Source of the DNA: Eledone cirrhosa
Taxonomy: Eukaryota
DNA: 64,000 bases
NCBI GenBank assembly: GCA_964016885.1
Contig: OZ024742.1
Location: 193,502,001-193,566,000 of the forward strand
Direction of reading: 5' to 3'
Below are positions 42,270-54,522 of this stretch, one piece after another (position 1 is the first letter of the stretch; the number at the start of each line of letters is the position of its first letter). The position numbers and the translations under genes were made by a program. The notes beneath the pieces were generated by a model. That model searched no databases. It saw only the letters and a program-made list of their open reading frames with translations, and was not told the DNA's origin.

Positions 42270-45200
42270 CCTTGAATCTCAGTTATTGATGTTGGTTAAC
42301 TGGAAAGACCGTTGGATTGAATATCAAGCCACTACCTGCAGCCTCAGATATTCAGGACGTATCGGAGGTTTCTTGCTGTTCCAAGCAAGCATGCCTTTTG
42401 AATCGTTCCAAAAAGCGTGAAGGGGCCGATTTTCTTTAACCATCCCTGGAAACTTTTTGAGATAGTCCCCAGTGCGCCTATGACAATCGGGATCACTTTG
42501 ACTTCATGGCAGTTCCAAATCCTTTTCACCTCCCACTTTAGGTCCTGGTATCGGTTAATTTTCTCCCTCTCCTTCTCTTGCACTCTCGTGTCGAACGGGC
42601 AGTCCACATCCACAATCAGACACGATCTTTTTTCTTTGTCCACAACCACCAGGTCAGGTCTATTGTGTTCCAGTTTTTTGTCCGTCTGTATCCTAAAATC
42701 CCACAGCACCTTCACCTGATTGTTCTCCATCACCGCCTCTGGCCTATGCTCATACCATTTCTCAGAATGTGGTAAATTGTTTACTTTGCACAGGTGCCAG
42801 TGGATCACCCTGCCCATCACATCGTGTCTCCAGCCCTTATAGTGGGTCTGAGCTAGGTGTTTACACTCGGACACAATGTGAGCCACAGTCTCCTCTCTCT
42901 CTCCACAGATCCTGCACAGTGGGCTAGCCTCCTCCTTGTAGATATGGTGCTTCAACCACTTCGTTTTGAGGGCCTGCTCCTGCGCAGCCATTAGCATTCC
43001 TTCTGTAGCCTTTTTGAGGTCCCCTCTTCTCAACCAGTTCCATGTCTGTGGATCTCTAAATTCAGTTTTCTCAAAGTAGGTACTATGAAGGGATTTTCCC
43101 TTAAGGCTGCTCTTCCTCCTTGATGTTATTTCCTCCTTGGATATCCCCTGGCCTACTGTCCCCTCCTTCAGTACAGTTCTGAGCATTGGCTCCTTACTAT
43201 AGGTCACGTATTTGTATAGGTTGTTTTTCTCCATCTGAACACAGTCCTCTATGCTGATAAGACCTCTTCCACCCTCAGATCTCCTTAGGTAGAGTCTATC
43301 GACATCACTCCTCTTGTGGAACATGTTGTAGATAGTCAATAGCTTCCTAGTCTTCCTATCCATTTCTTTTTGTTCAGCAACATTCCATCTCAGAATTCCC
43401 GCACTGTACCTAATAATAGACACAGCTCGGGAATTTACTGCGCCTATGGCATTTCTGCTGTTCAGATGTGACTTCAATACGCTCCTTACTCTCCGAATGT
43501 ATTCACTTCTTAACAATTCCTTCATTTCTTTGTTCTTTATGCCATCAGCCTCCAGAACGCCCAAATACTTGTATCCTTCCTCAGAGTCAATTTCCTTTAT
43601 CATCTCACCTGTTGGTATCTGGATCCCGTTACTTCTGCTCAACCTACACCTCTTCATTACAATGACTCCACATTTACCAATACCAAACTGCATACATATA
43701 TCACTGCTGAAAATACGGACAGTGTCAACAAGCACATCCAACTCCTTCTCACTTTTCCCGAAGAGCTTAAGATCGTCCATGAAGAGGAGGTGATTGATGG
43801 TAAGCTCTCCCCTTCCCAACTTGTATCCTGCTCTCACTTTTCGCAGCATAATGGTCAAGGGCATCACGGCAAGGACAAACAACAGAGGGGACAGGCTATC
43901 TCCCTGGAAGATACCTCTCTTGATCTTCACGCTTCCCAAGGATACTCCAGTTGATGTCAACTCTGTCTCCCAGGACCCCATACTCCTGCCTAGCAACTGT
44001 CTGATGTTATCTGCCACCCTGAAGATCTCCAGGCTTTTGGTGATCCAGGAATGAGGCACCATGTCAAATGCCTTTCTGTAGTCTATCCATCCCATGGCAA
44101 GATCAGTGTGTCTCCTCCTGCAATTCCCCATTACCATCTTATCAATAAGTAACTGGTCCTTTGTACCACGTGACTTCTTTCGGCATCCTTTCTGTTCGTC
44201 CGGTAACAAGTTGTTTGTGTGGAGGTGATGGTAGATTTCCTCAGACACAATGCTCGTCAACAGTTTCCACATTACGGGCAGACATGTGATAGGTCTATAG
44301 TTGGTAACATCATTACCCTTGATTCGGTCTTTCATTATCAGAACTGTGGTACCTTTTGTCAACCACTCTGGCACCTCACCCGACACCAAGCAGTCATTGA
44401 ACATGGCCGTCAGCTTCGGGTGGAGGGCTGTTAAATGTTTAACGCAATACCCCTGCACACCATCTGGGCCTGGTGATTTCCAGTTGGTTAGTTTTTTGGC
44501 CTGCCCCTTAAGAGTTTCAACTGTGATACTCAAATCAGTTTGTTGCTGTGCCTGCTCACCGATCTCCCTCTGTACTGTCTCAATCCACCCTGCCTGGGCA
44601 TTGTGTCTAACATCCTGCTCCCATATTCCTCTCCAGAATGTTTTAGTTTGCTCCGCCCCAGGGATCAAGTCGTTGCCTCTTTCTTTCCCCTCAAGCTGTC
44701 CAAACAGCATCTTCTGGTTGTTGTCGAACATGCGGTTCTGTTTATACTGACTGACTCTGTTCTAGTATCGCCTGATTTTTGCACTCTTTGCTACAATGCG
44801 TTGCTTCAATTCCTCTATGATAATATTTAGCTTTTTACTCCTAGTTTTGTATTTTATTTCCAGTCTATTTTTAGTGCCTATGATTTTTAGTGTCCCATTC
44901 AGTAGTGACTCAAGCTTTCCTATGTCATTTCTCATTTCCCCGATTTGCCCACTCAGTCGCTTCTTCCACCACGGCTCTGCTCTTTCTTGTCTGTTGTTTC
45001 CTCTCGCTTTTATACCAAGTAGTTTCCTCACCGTATTTGCTGTTGCCTTGAGGATATTGTTGCACTGGTGAAGGCTCCTCGCCTCAAGGTATGGGATGAC
45101 TTTGTTTACCTTAGCTGTTGTTTCTTTTAACTTTTTCCTGTCTACAAATCTTAGGTTCATAGGTCTCCCACTATCATTGTTCAAATCATCTACCACTAAA

Positions 45201-45905
45201 TTTAGGATGTCAACCGAATCTTGTCCTAGCCCGTCAGCATTCATCTCCTCAGTGGCCGTATCTCTGTTCCAGGTATTATTTATCTCAGTATTCAGATCAT
45301 TGTCTGCTTCGGGTGGTTCCTCCGTTCTCAGGACCTCTTCACCTTCATTTCCCACTGGCTCGCTTGTCTGGCATACTACACCCGCCATCTCCAAGCCATT
45401 CTCTCTGCTCAGTTCCTCCAGTTCCAGCTCGCCTATCCATCCATTAGTTCTTATTACCCGAGCCTGCCCGGCCAATTTTTGTTCATCTAATTTAAATAAA
45501 CCAATCTCGTTCCAGATGTTATGCATCCGTCTCCTGTAGCCCCTCTCCTTGGGGTTACTTTTCAGGTAACATTGCATAACAGTTCTATTCAATTCTTTCG
45601 TCCAGTTGGTTCTGGCCCCTTTCCTTCTTCTCCTTCCTCCAACATCAGCAGTATTTGGTTGACAGTCAGGTTCCTGCTGCTGAGCCAGGGGGCACCTGTT
45701 GGGTGAGAGTCTGTCACATGACGTTCTAGTCTCCATTTCACCGTTATTCGAACTGTTTATGTTCGATATTTAAACACTCTTATCGAGGATTGGCGAATGT
45801 ATGGTTACATATCCATCTGTGGATCCGCCATTCCACTTGGCCCTTGTGTGGCATTATCACCACGCTGTATACGAACACACATAAACAAACAAACACACAG
45901 GCAGA
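42270..45905 (-). mobile_element. R4/Dong-like family A copy A3, full length, near intact
   Basis: Single long reading frame; (ATT)n at both ends. Confidence 0.95.
42344..45736 (-). pseudogene. A3 polyprotein: Myb-like N-terminus, RT, CCHC finger, restriction-like endonuclease (1130 codons, one stop)
   Basis: 44762-45736 and 42344-44731 are in frame, separated by a TAG at 44762-44764; motifs RTNWTKELN, QGDSLSP, LFMDD, CRIC..H..C, RHD, PD..D. Confidence 0.93.
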
Positions 45906-45941
45906 ATTATTATTATTATTATTATTATTGTTATTGTTATT

Positions 45942-47046
45942 CCTTGAATCTCAGTCATTGATGTTGGTTAACTGGAAAGTCCGTTGGATTGAATATCAAG
46001 CCACTACCTGCAGCCTCAGATATTCAGGACGTATCGGAGGGTTCTTGCTGTTCCAAGCAAGCATGCCTTTTGAAGCGTTCCAAAAAGCGTGAAGGGGCCG
46101 ATTTTCTTTAACCATCCCTGGAAACCTTTGGAGATAGTCCCCAGTGCGCCTATGACAATCGGGATCACTTTGACTTCATGGCAGTTCCAAATCCTTTTCA
46201 CCTCCCACTTTAGGTCCTGGTATCGGTTAATTTTCTCCCTCTCCTTCTCTTGCACTCTCGTGTCGAACGGGCAGGCCACATCCACAATCAGGCACGATCT
46301 TTTTTCTTTGTCCACAACCACCAGGTCAGGTCTATTGTGTTCCAGTTTTTTGTCCGTCTGTATCCTAAAATCCCACAGCACCTTCACCTGACTGTTCTCC
46401 ATCACCGCCTCTGGCCTATGCTCATACCATTTCTCAGAATGTGGTAGATTGTTTACTTTGCACAGGTGCCAGTGGATCACCCTGCCCATCACATCGTGTC
46501 TCCAGCCCTTATAGTGGGTCTGGGCTAGGTGTTTACACTCGGACACAATGTGAGCCACAGTCTCCTCTCTCTCTCCACAGATCCTGCACAGTGGGCTAGC
46601 CTCCTCCTTGTAGATATGGTGCTTCAACCACTTCGTTTTGAGGGCCTGCTCCTGCGCAGCCATTAGCATTCCTTCTGTAGCCTTTTTGAGGTCTCCTCTT
46701 CTCAACCAGTTCCATGTCTGTGGATCTCTAAATTCAGTTTTCTCAAAGAAGGTACTATGAAGGGATTTTCCCTTAAGGCTGCTCTTCCTCCTTGATGTTA
46801 TTTCCTCCTTGGATATCCCCTGGCCTACTGTCCCCTCCTTCAGTACAGCTCTGAGCATTGGCTCCTTACTATAGGTCACGTATTTGTATAGGTTGTTTTT
46901 CTCCATCTGAACACAGTCCTCTATGCTGATAAGACCTCTTCCACCCTCAGATCTCCTTAGGTAGAGTCTATCGACATCACTCCTCTTGTGGAACATGTTG
47001 TAGATAGTCAATAGCTTCCTATGTTGTAGATAGTCAATAGCTTCCT
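45942..47046 (-). mobile_element. R4/Dong-like family A copy A4, 5'-truncated (~1.1 kb), open frame
   Basis: ORF 46016-47011 is nearly identical to the A3 C-terminus; 26 bp duplication at the 5' junction. Confidence 0.93.
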
Positions 47047-47047
47047 A

Positions 47048-47082
<35 letters not shown>

Positions 47083-47720
47083 CCTCCTAGTTTCATTTAT
47101 TCGATTGATAATGTATAGTTATGTTTGTTTATAAACGCTAAGTGAGATCGTTTATATGTAGCTGTGATAATCTCTTTGTTCATACCCTGATTTTATCTGC
47201 CAACAGTTCAGCCAACTTGACCTTCCTCTTTGGAGAGATGTAACTTGATGATACAAGTAAATTTGCTACTACGTTAAAATGTCTCACCTCACTGTTTTCA
47301 GATCGAATAACGTTGGGTAATAATGAACGAACGCCTGCCGATGAAGAGACCTTCCTGTTTCATCTTTAAAATGCATATATGACTTGTATTTGCATTATGC
47401 AACTTGTGCTGAATATCCCCGCTGTCCCAGAAACATATCAAACATTTTTATCGATTTCTATCGAATCTTATAGACTCGAGATGGTTCGGGACAGTCTTCG
47501 ATCTGTTTGCTTTTGTTGTTGTTGTGGTATAAACATGGCCATATGCATTTGGTCCATTTTCTTGCTGACACTTTCTTAACTATATGTTTACTCTGGATGA
47601 GAATGTATTCATTTTCCGTACCATTGAATGCTTTGTAACTGCCTCAAACAATTCGATTGGTATCAACTATATAGCAGCAACAACTTCGATTTATACCTAA
47701 TGTTACTATTATTGTTATTT

Positions 47721-47870
47721 GGCAGTATCTGTAGAGGGTCGGACGCCCTTTCCATTCTGAGTTCCAATCCCGCCGCGGTCAACTTTGCCTTTCATCCTTA
47801 CGGGGTCGATAAAATAAAGTACCAGTAATGTACCTGGTAATTGCTGGCCTTGTGCCAAAAGGAGAAACAA
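47721..47870 (+). mobile_element. tRNA-derived SINE
   Basis: A-box-like GGCAGTATC.GTAGAG, B-box, core and ATT tail. Confidence 0.85.
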
Positions 47871-47935
47871 TTATTATTATTATGATAAATAAATAATAAA
47901 TAAAGAAATAAAGAAAGAAATCATTATTATTATTA

Positions 47936-48061
<126 letters not shown>

Positions 48062-48212
48062 ATATATGTATGTATGAATTTCACTTGTTCAGCGTATCGG
48101 CAGGAGTTCTCCTACATGGATATAAAGTAGTGGCCATACTCGAAAACGAGTTGGCAGCCAGCATGTATGAATTCATACATAGATAAAATTAAATATATAT
48201 ATACTTACACAT

Positions 48213-48324
<112 letters not shown>

Positions 48325-48497
48325 TAATAATAATAATAGGACGAAAGAAACAGCAGCAACAAGAGAAAGAATAAAAGATGACCAGATAACTAACCTTTTT
48401 GTTACCTTTATCTTAGAGTCCATTTGTAAAATTATATATTGTACACAATGCTTCTAGCAAACTACAACATTTCATATATATGTATATAATATTATTT

Positions 48498-48678
48498 GTG
48501 GATTGGCAGTATCGGTAGAGGGTCGGACGCCATGCTTTCCAGCATAGTTATGTCCCTTTACGATCTGAGTTCACATCCCGCCGAGGTTGACTTTGCCTTT
48601 CATCCTTACGGGGTCGATAAAATAAAGTACTAGTAATGCACTGGGTAATTGCTGGCCTTGTGCCTAAAGTAGAAACAA
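48498..48678 (+). mobile_element. tRNA-derived SINE, full length
   Basis: TGGCAGTATCGGTAGAG, GAGTTCACATCCC, core and tail. Confidence 0.88.
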
Positions 48679-48683
48679 TTATT

Positions 48684-48849
48684 TGGCAGTATCGGTAGAA
48701 GGTCGGACGCCATGCTTTGACGTATAGATTTACGACCCTTTCCATTCTGAGTTCAAATACCCTCGAGGTTAACGTTGCCTTTCATCTTTACGGGGTCGAT
48801 AAAATAAAGTACCAGTAATACGCTGGCCTTGTGCCAAAAGTAGAAACAA
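48684..48849 (+). mobile_element. tRNA-derived SINE, tandem second copy
   Basis: Same motifs; starts in the tail of the previous copy. Confidence 0.85.
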
Positions 48850-48864
48850 TTTTATATATATATA

Positions 48865-49678
48865 TTTCATTCATATATATTATTATTTGTCTGACCCGAA
48901 TTTTCTTGGTCGTTTTTTCGGCTGTGCGAATGATTTTAAGCATTGTGTCAGTGTGTTGGTATTTAAACGTTAGTTATAGCTCTGGTTTATCCAAACTATT
49001 GAGCACTTTGCCACGCATTTCGAAGATTGTGTTTCGTTATTTCGTGGGCCGAGATTCCTATTCTCGATAATTTATTTGTATTTATCTCCAGTCTTTAGCT
49101 ATTGACCAGTTAATTTTATTGAATTTTTAGTTGATCTTATTGACTGATGAATAGCTCAATTAATGTTAACCCGTCTGTTGAGAACTCAAATTCGATATGT
49201 GATATTTTGTATTTTTACAATAATATACACTACTGAATTCATTCGCCTAATGTAGGGGCTCCCTCCCTTGCTAGACCCCACCTGGATTTAGTAACGGGTT
49301 CCCTTGTATATTTGAACGAAATGCTTGTTGAGAAAGTGGTTTCCTCGTTCATCATTCTACCAGAAGCCGGATATTTTTCATGTAAGCTGACGGTAACTGA
49401 TTTAGGAGCCGCAGAAACCAAAATGCTGGAATTTACCATACTTCTAGCTGGTCCGGGTAAAGATTTTTCATTCATATATATTATTATATGTCTGACCCGA
49501 ATTTTCTTGGTCGTTTTTTTCGGCTGCGCAAATTATTTTAGGAATTGTCTCAGTGTGTTGGTATTTAAACGTTAGTTGTAGCTCTGGTTTATCCAAACTA
49601 TTGAGCACTTTGACACGCATTTCGAAGATTGTGTTTCGTTATTTCGTGGGCCGAGATTCCGATTCTCGATAATTTATT

Positions 49679-49682
<4 letters not shown>
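48865..49682. repeat. ~215 bp direct repeats flanking a ~385 bp spacer
   Basis: 48865-49081 matches 49466-49682; a diverged inverted homolog lies at ~52450-52625. Confidence 0.75.
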
Positions 49683-49763
<81 letters not shown>

Positions 49764-49767
<4 letters not shown>

Positions 49768-49886
49768 CTGTGTATTACCATAGGTCATCCACAATTTCTC
49801 AAAAGGTCTCTTGTGTTTCTTTGTAACATTGATATTTAAAAAATAAAAAGGATGTCAAACATTTACGAAGATTTTCTCTCAAACTT

Positions 49887-49926
<40 letters not shown>

Positions 49927-49965
49927 ATATATATATATATTATTTTAATATATATATATATATAT

Positions 49966-49996
<31 letters not shown>

Positions 49997-50120
49997 CAAG
50001 TTTGAGAGACAATCTTCGTAAATGTATGATATCATTTTTATTTTTTAAATATCAATATTACAAAGAACCACAAGAGACCTTGTGAGAAATTGTGGATGAC
50101 CTATGGCAATACACAGGCAT
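49764..50120. mobile_element. Foldback/MITE-like palindrome with microsatellite centre
   Basis: ~120 bp unique inverted arms followed by (CA)n..(TA)n..(TG)n. Confidence 0.75.
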
Positions 50121-50490
50121 GGGGCTTTTATAAAATGTGGCTTAAGAAATTAAACTGCTGAATGAATCAAATAAATGTAGATGAAAGTTTGTTATAATTT
50201 TGACAATCGTTCTGGGCTTCAGTTAACGATTTTTTCCATAAATTCTTGGATGCCATGAATTCTTAGACTCACACAATTGACAGCTATCACATTCAATGAC
50301 ATTTCAGCTATTACTACATTTCTTCTTTCTTTTTTGAGATCACACATAATTTTCTATGGTAATTTTCTATTTTGTATTTTTCTTCATTCTCCTGACCATT
50401 TCACTTTCTGTATTCCCAAACTGCTTTTTCACGGCATGTGGAAGTATATATATATATATATGTAATTATATGTATGTATATATATATATG

Positions 50491-50555
<65 letters not shown>

Positions 50556-50564
50556 CTATATAAA

Positions 50565-50733
50565 ATTGTTTCTACTTTTGGCACAAGGCCAGCAATCACC
50601 TAGTGTATTTCTGGTACTTTATTTTATCGACCCCGTAAAGATGAAAGGCAAAGTTAACCTCGGCGGGATTTGAACTCAGAATGGCAACTCTATACGTCAA
50701 AGCATGGCGTCCGACCTTCTACCGATACTGCCA
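50565..50733 (-). mobile_element. tRNA-derived SINE
   Basis: Reverse-complement match to 48684-48849. Confidence 0.85.
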
Positions 50734-50744
50734 AATAATATTAC

Positions 50745-52260
50745 ATACATATATATGAAATGTAGTTTGCTAGAAGCATTGTGTACAATATATAATTTTA
50801 CAAATGGAGTCTAAGATAAAGGTAACAAAAAGGTTAGTTATCTGCTCATTTTTTTTCTCTTGTTGCTGCTGTTTCTTTCGTCCTAATATTTTGGGCTTTA
50901 GCATTCCCTTCTCCAGAGTAAAAAGGATCTCTCAGAGAAAATTTTATAAACCGCTTTCAGGCGTTGTGTGTTGTTTGTTTTGTCATTCACGAGAACCCGG
51001 GGTAAGACCTCAATTGCTGATGTAATATTTCAGGGAATAACTTTTTCGTATGAGATACTCTTTAGGTGTGTGTGTGTGGATGTGACCTTTTATCTCAAGT
51101 TTTGTGGGCTGAATTCTAATCTCTTATTTATTTGTGGATGACGCTACGTATGAGCAAGGCTTCCTTAATCCGTAAACTGAAAAATTTTCTCTCTTTGGCC
51201 TCAATATCGATAATTATATTTTTGAGGGAGAACCTGCATTTTTCAATGTGCTTTACAAATGTGGATGCGTTTGTATTAAGGTTTTCTTTAATGCTGGTGT
51301 CGAGTGCTCGATGCTTGCTACCAATATAGACCTCCCTATATTTGCTACATTCAATCCGGTATACATGTGTCAGTTGACACATAACTGTTTCACGAATTGG
51401 GTTGTTAGTCAGTGAGCCTTGCCTGTTGTTTTTATGGATTGCCTTTTAGAGAGGCATCTACGCAGTTAAGGGCTCAGTTTTAGTACGAAGGGAAAGGGCT
51501 GATCTATAATGCACAAACAGGTCTCGACAGACGTCTTTCCTATACCTTCTTCTGTTATTCTAAGCTGGAAGTTCAGCAGGGACAAGGAACCATTTCCATC
51601 AGGGTGTTCTATGGTAAATCATATGTTCTTATCTATGTTTGAGAATGTCATAGATATTATATGGGCCTTTTTAGGAGATCATGTGAGGATGAATATATCA
51701 TCTATAGATCAGGTGAAGAAGATACAAGAGCGACAGTATTGAGCGCTTGACATTCCAGTTGGTTCATAAATGTGATGGTTAAAAGGTTTGAAAGAATGGA
51801 TCCCATGGGTAGGTCTGTTATCCGTTTGTAAGTGTGGTGGTGGAATATGAAATATATATTTTCTACCATGACGTATAGAATCTGATATATGTCTTGCGGG
51901 GTGAGGCCAATGCAATATATGTATGAAATGATGCAGTCAGTCACAAGGTTGACCATTGGATGACGGTACTATTTTGTACAAGGGAAAAACGTCGAGGTTA
52001 AAGGCTTATCTGTTGAGTGAAAGTTGGTTAGTTTCTAGTTGATCTAGTCTTTGAATGACTTCGTTGAAGCTGCTGAAATATACGGGAAAAGTAGCAAACA
52101 TATGTTTGAGGATCTGGGAGACGAACCGAGAGATTTTATAGAGGGGTCCTTCTATTCTAGAAATAAATGGTCTAATCTGTAGATTAACACTGGTCTTGTG
52201 GGTTTGAAAGAGATGGTAGACAGTTGGCAGTCTGCTGTTTCTGGTGGTGAGGTTGTTTAC
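50745..52260 (-). mobile_element. Decayed Penelope-like retroelement (RT + GIY-YIG)
   Basis: THK..IRPFIS (52006-52302), LPMGSILS..FMNQLE (51702-51956), VYRIEC..YIG..R..KEALLIR (51128-51382); pLTR-like tail at 50745-50930. Confidence 0.85.
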
Positions 52261-52314
52261 ATATATATATATAAATATATATACATATATACATATATAC
52301 ATACATACACATAC

Positions 52315-52434
<120 letters not shown>

Positions 52435-52654
52435 TTATATATATATATAAGTATAAATTAGCGAGAATCGAATTTCAGGTCAGGAATTAACGAGAAACAC
52501 TTCCGAGTTGTGTGGCAAGAGCTCGATAATTCATATGAATTAGAGCTACAACATACGTTAAAGGCCAAACACACTGAGATGGTGGTTTAACTAAAAAACG
52601 ATCAATTCGGGTCAAGAAAATATAAAAATATAAAAATATATAAAAATATATATG

Positions 52655-52694
<40 letters not shown>

Positions 52695-52730
52695 CCTATA
52701 TCTACATATATATATACATATATAAATATT

Positions 52731-52766
<36 letters not shown>

Positions 52767-52768
<2 letters not shown>

Positions 52769-52962
52769 ACGGAGGAAATGTGGTAAGGAACCAGGTGGAC
52801 CATAACGCACCAAAGTACTCAATACTTAGGGTAGTAGAGTGGGTAATAGGAACGAGTAGGATCCCGACGGCTGAGCTCAAGCCGTTTCGACGGCTAATTC
52901 TGGACTCAGAATTAACCGTCGAAACGGCTTGAGCTCAGCCGTCGGGGTCCTACTCGTTCCTA
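52767..52962. mobile_element. Asymmetric palindromic mini-element, family X copy 3
   Basis: Same sequence and arm asymmetry as copy 1; TA-flanked. Confidence 0.8.
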
Positions 52963-53388
52963 TATATATCTATATATATATATTTATATATATATATATA
53001 TATGGGCATATAGATATATATGTGTATGTATGTATGTATATATGTAAGTATGCATCTATGTATCTCAGTATGATAGTTTATACTATAGTGCAACTGTGTT
53101 TCTTTTCTTAGCTGAGAAACAGACATTAAATTGACAAAACAACTGCTATGGTAATGAAATACAAACTCTAGATTGTAAGGCGTGTAATTATAATCAGCGT
53201 CGGTAGAAGTCAACATAAATCGAACATATTAGATAGTTGTTTTCACACACAACACTGAGTATACACACACACTTGTATATATATATATATATATATGTAT
53301 GTATATATAAATCTGTGCATGCATGTATGTATGTTTGTCATGTATATGTATATGAGTAAACATACATATATATGTATGTATGTTTGTC

Positions 53389-53453
<65 letters not shown>

Positions 53454-53654
53454 TAAGTAAACATGAGTAAGACGCCATAAATTCTTCTAATATGTTTGTT
53501 CTACATAATACTTTGTCTCCTATTTGATTTGTTCTTACATGAAGTAATTTTTAAAATGAAATTTGGAGACCAATTTAACACTTGATTACAATATATGCCA
53601 ACAGTAAACATTATTTCAAATATATACCTTATAGCAATTAATATACTTATGAAT

Positions 53655-53688
<34 letters not shown>

Positions 53689-53798
53689 GGGCATATAGAT
53701 ATATATGTGTATGTATGTATGTATATATGTAAGTATGCATCTATGTATCTCAGTATGAGAGTTTATACTATAGTGCAACTCTGTTTCTTTTCTTAGCT

Positions 53799-53899
53799 GT
53801 ATTTTGAAAATTCGGATGCTACAGTATCTTTCTTGATTGCCTATTATTACATAGTGTAGCAATAATGGATTGAAATTCTGATGAAACAATTGTTAATAC
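53799..53899 (+). ncRNA. Type I hammerhead ribozyme with extended stem II
   Basis: GTATT-TTGAAAA-tTCGGA.TGCTACA...TGTAGCA...TCTGAt-GAAA-CaattG-TT-AATAC; stem I GTATT/AATAC pairs fully. Confidence 0.65.
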
Positions 53900-53950
53900 G
53901 TGGATTAAATTCTTTTGTAACTGTTTACCTTCGTCCTATTTCTCTTTTTT

Positions 53951-54030
<80 letters not shown>

Positions 54031-54032
<2 letters not shown>

Positions 54033-54253
54033 GGAACAAGTAAGACCCCGACGGCTGAGCTCAAGCCGTTTCGACGGCTAATTCTGGACTAATTCGACTA
54101 ATTCGACGGCTAATTCACTCCAGAATTAGCCGTCGAAACGGCTAGAGCTCAGCCGTCGGGGACTTACTTGTTCCTATTACCCACTCTACTACCCTAAGTA
54201 TTGAGTACTTTGGTGCGTTATGGTCCACCTGGTTCCTTACCACATTTCCTTCG

Positions 54254-54256
<3 letters not shown>
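54031..54256. mobile_element. Asymmetric palindromic mini-element, family X copy 4
   Basis: Same family; the central loop holds slipped CTAATTCGA repeats. Confidence 0.8.
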
Positions 54257-54326
<70 letters not shown>

Positions 54327-54461
54327 CAAAAGGGATATTCAATTTGTTGGTAATTCAACAAATGTAAATGTTTATAACTGATTCAGAGCACTCGACAATT
54401 TTCTGGAGTATAATATTCAATGATATTTAATAAATGGAAACTATATTTATAAAACCATATT

Positions 54462-54522
54462 TATTCTATTATATATATTTCAAGGGTACTAAAATTTTTG
54501 TACGCTTTCATCAGATAAAATA
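54462..54522 (-). ncRNA. Type I hammerhead ribozyme
   Basis: Reverse complement: TATTTTAT-CTGATGA-AAGcGTAC...GTACcCTT-GAAA-TatatA-TA-ATAGAATA; 8 bp stem I with one G-U pair. Confidence 0.75.

Noticed and set aside
6144-47046. Bacterial RT system (retron, group II intron, DGR) or CRISPR-like array
   Set aside because: The RTs are fused to APE or restriction-like endonucleases in eukaryotic LINE layout; the linkers are microsatellites, not CRISPR repeats.
8119-47082. Telomeric retrotransposon array (TRAS/SART-like)
   Set aside because: The opposite-polarity pattern is analogous, but the linkers are (ATT)n; I saw no TTAGG or TTAGGG arrays, and ordinary sequence flanks both sides.
47190-47370. 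Possible host exons (ctcac..ttttcag acceptor near 47300 with a short open frame)
   Set aside because: Only generic splice-like signals, no recognisable protein and no partner exons; RNA-seq would be needed.
48498-48600. tRNA gene
   Set aside because: The A and B boxes belong to a SINE head; there is no cloverleaf, and the SINE core and tail follow.
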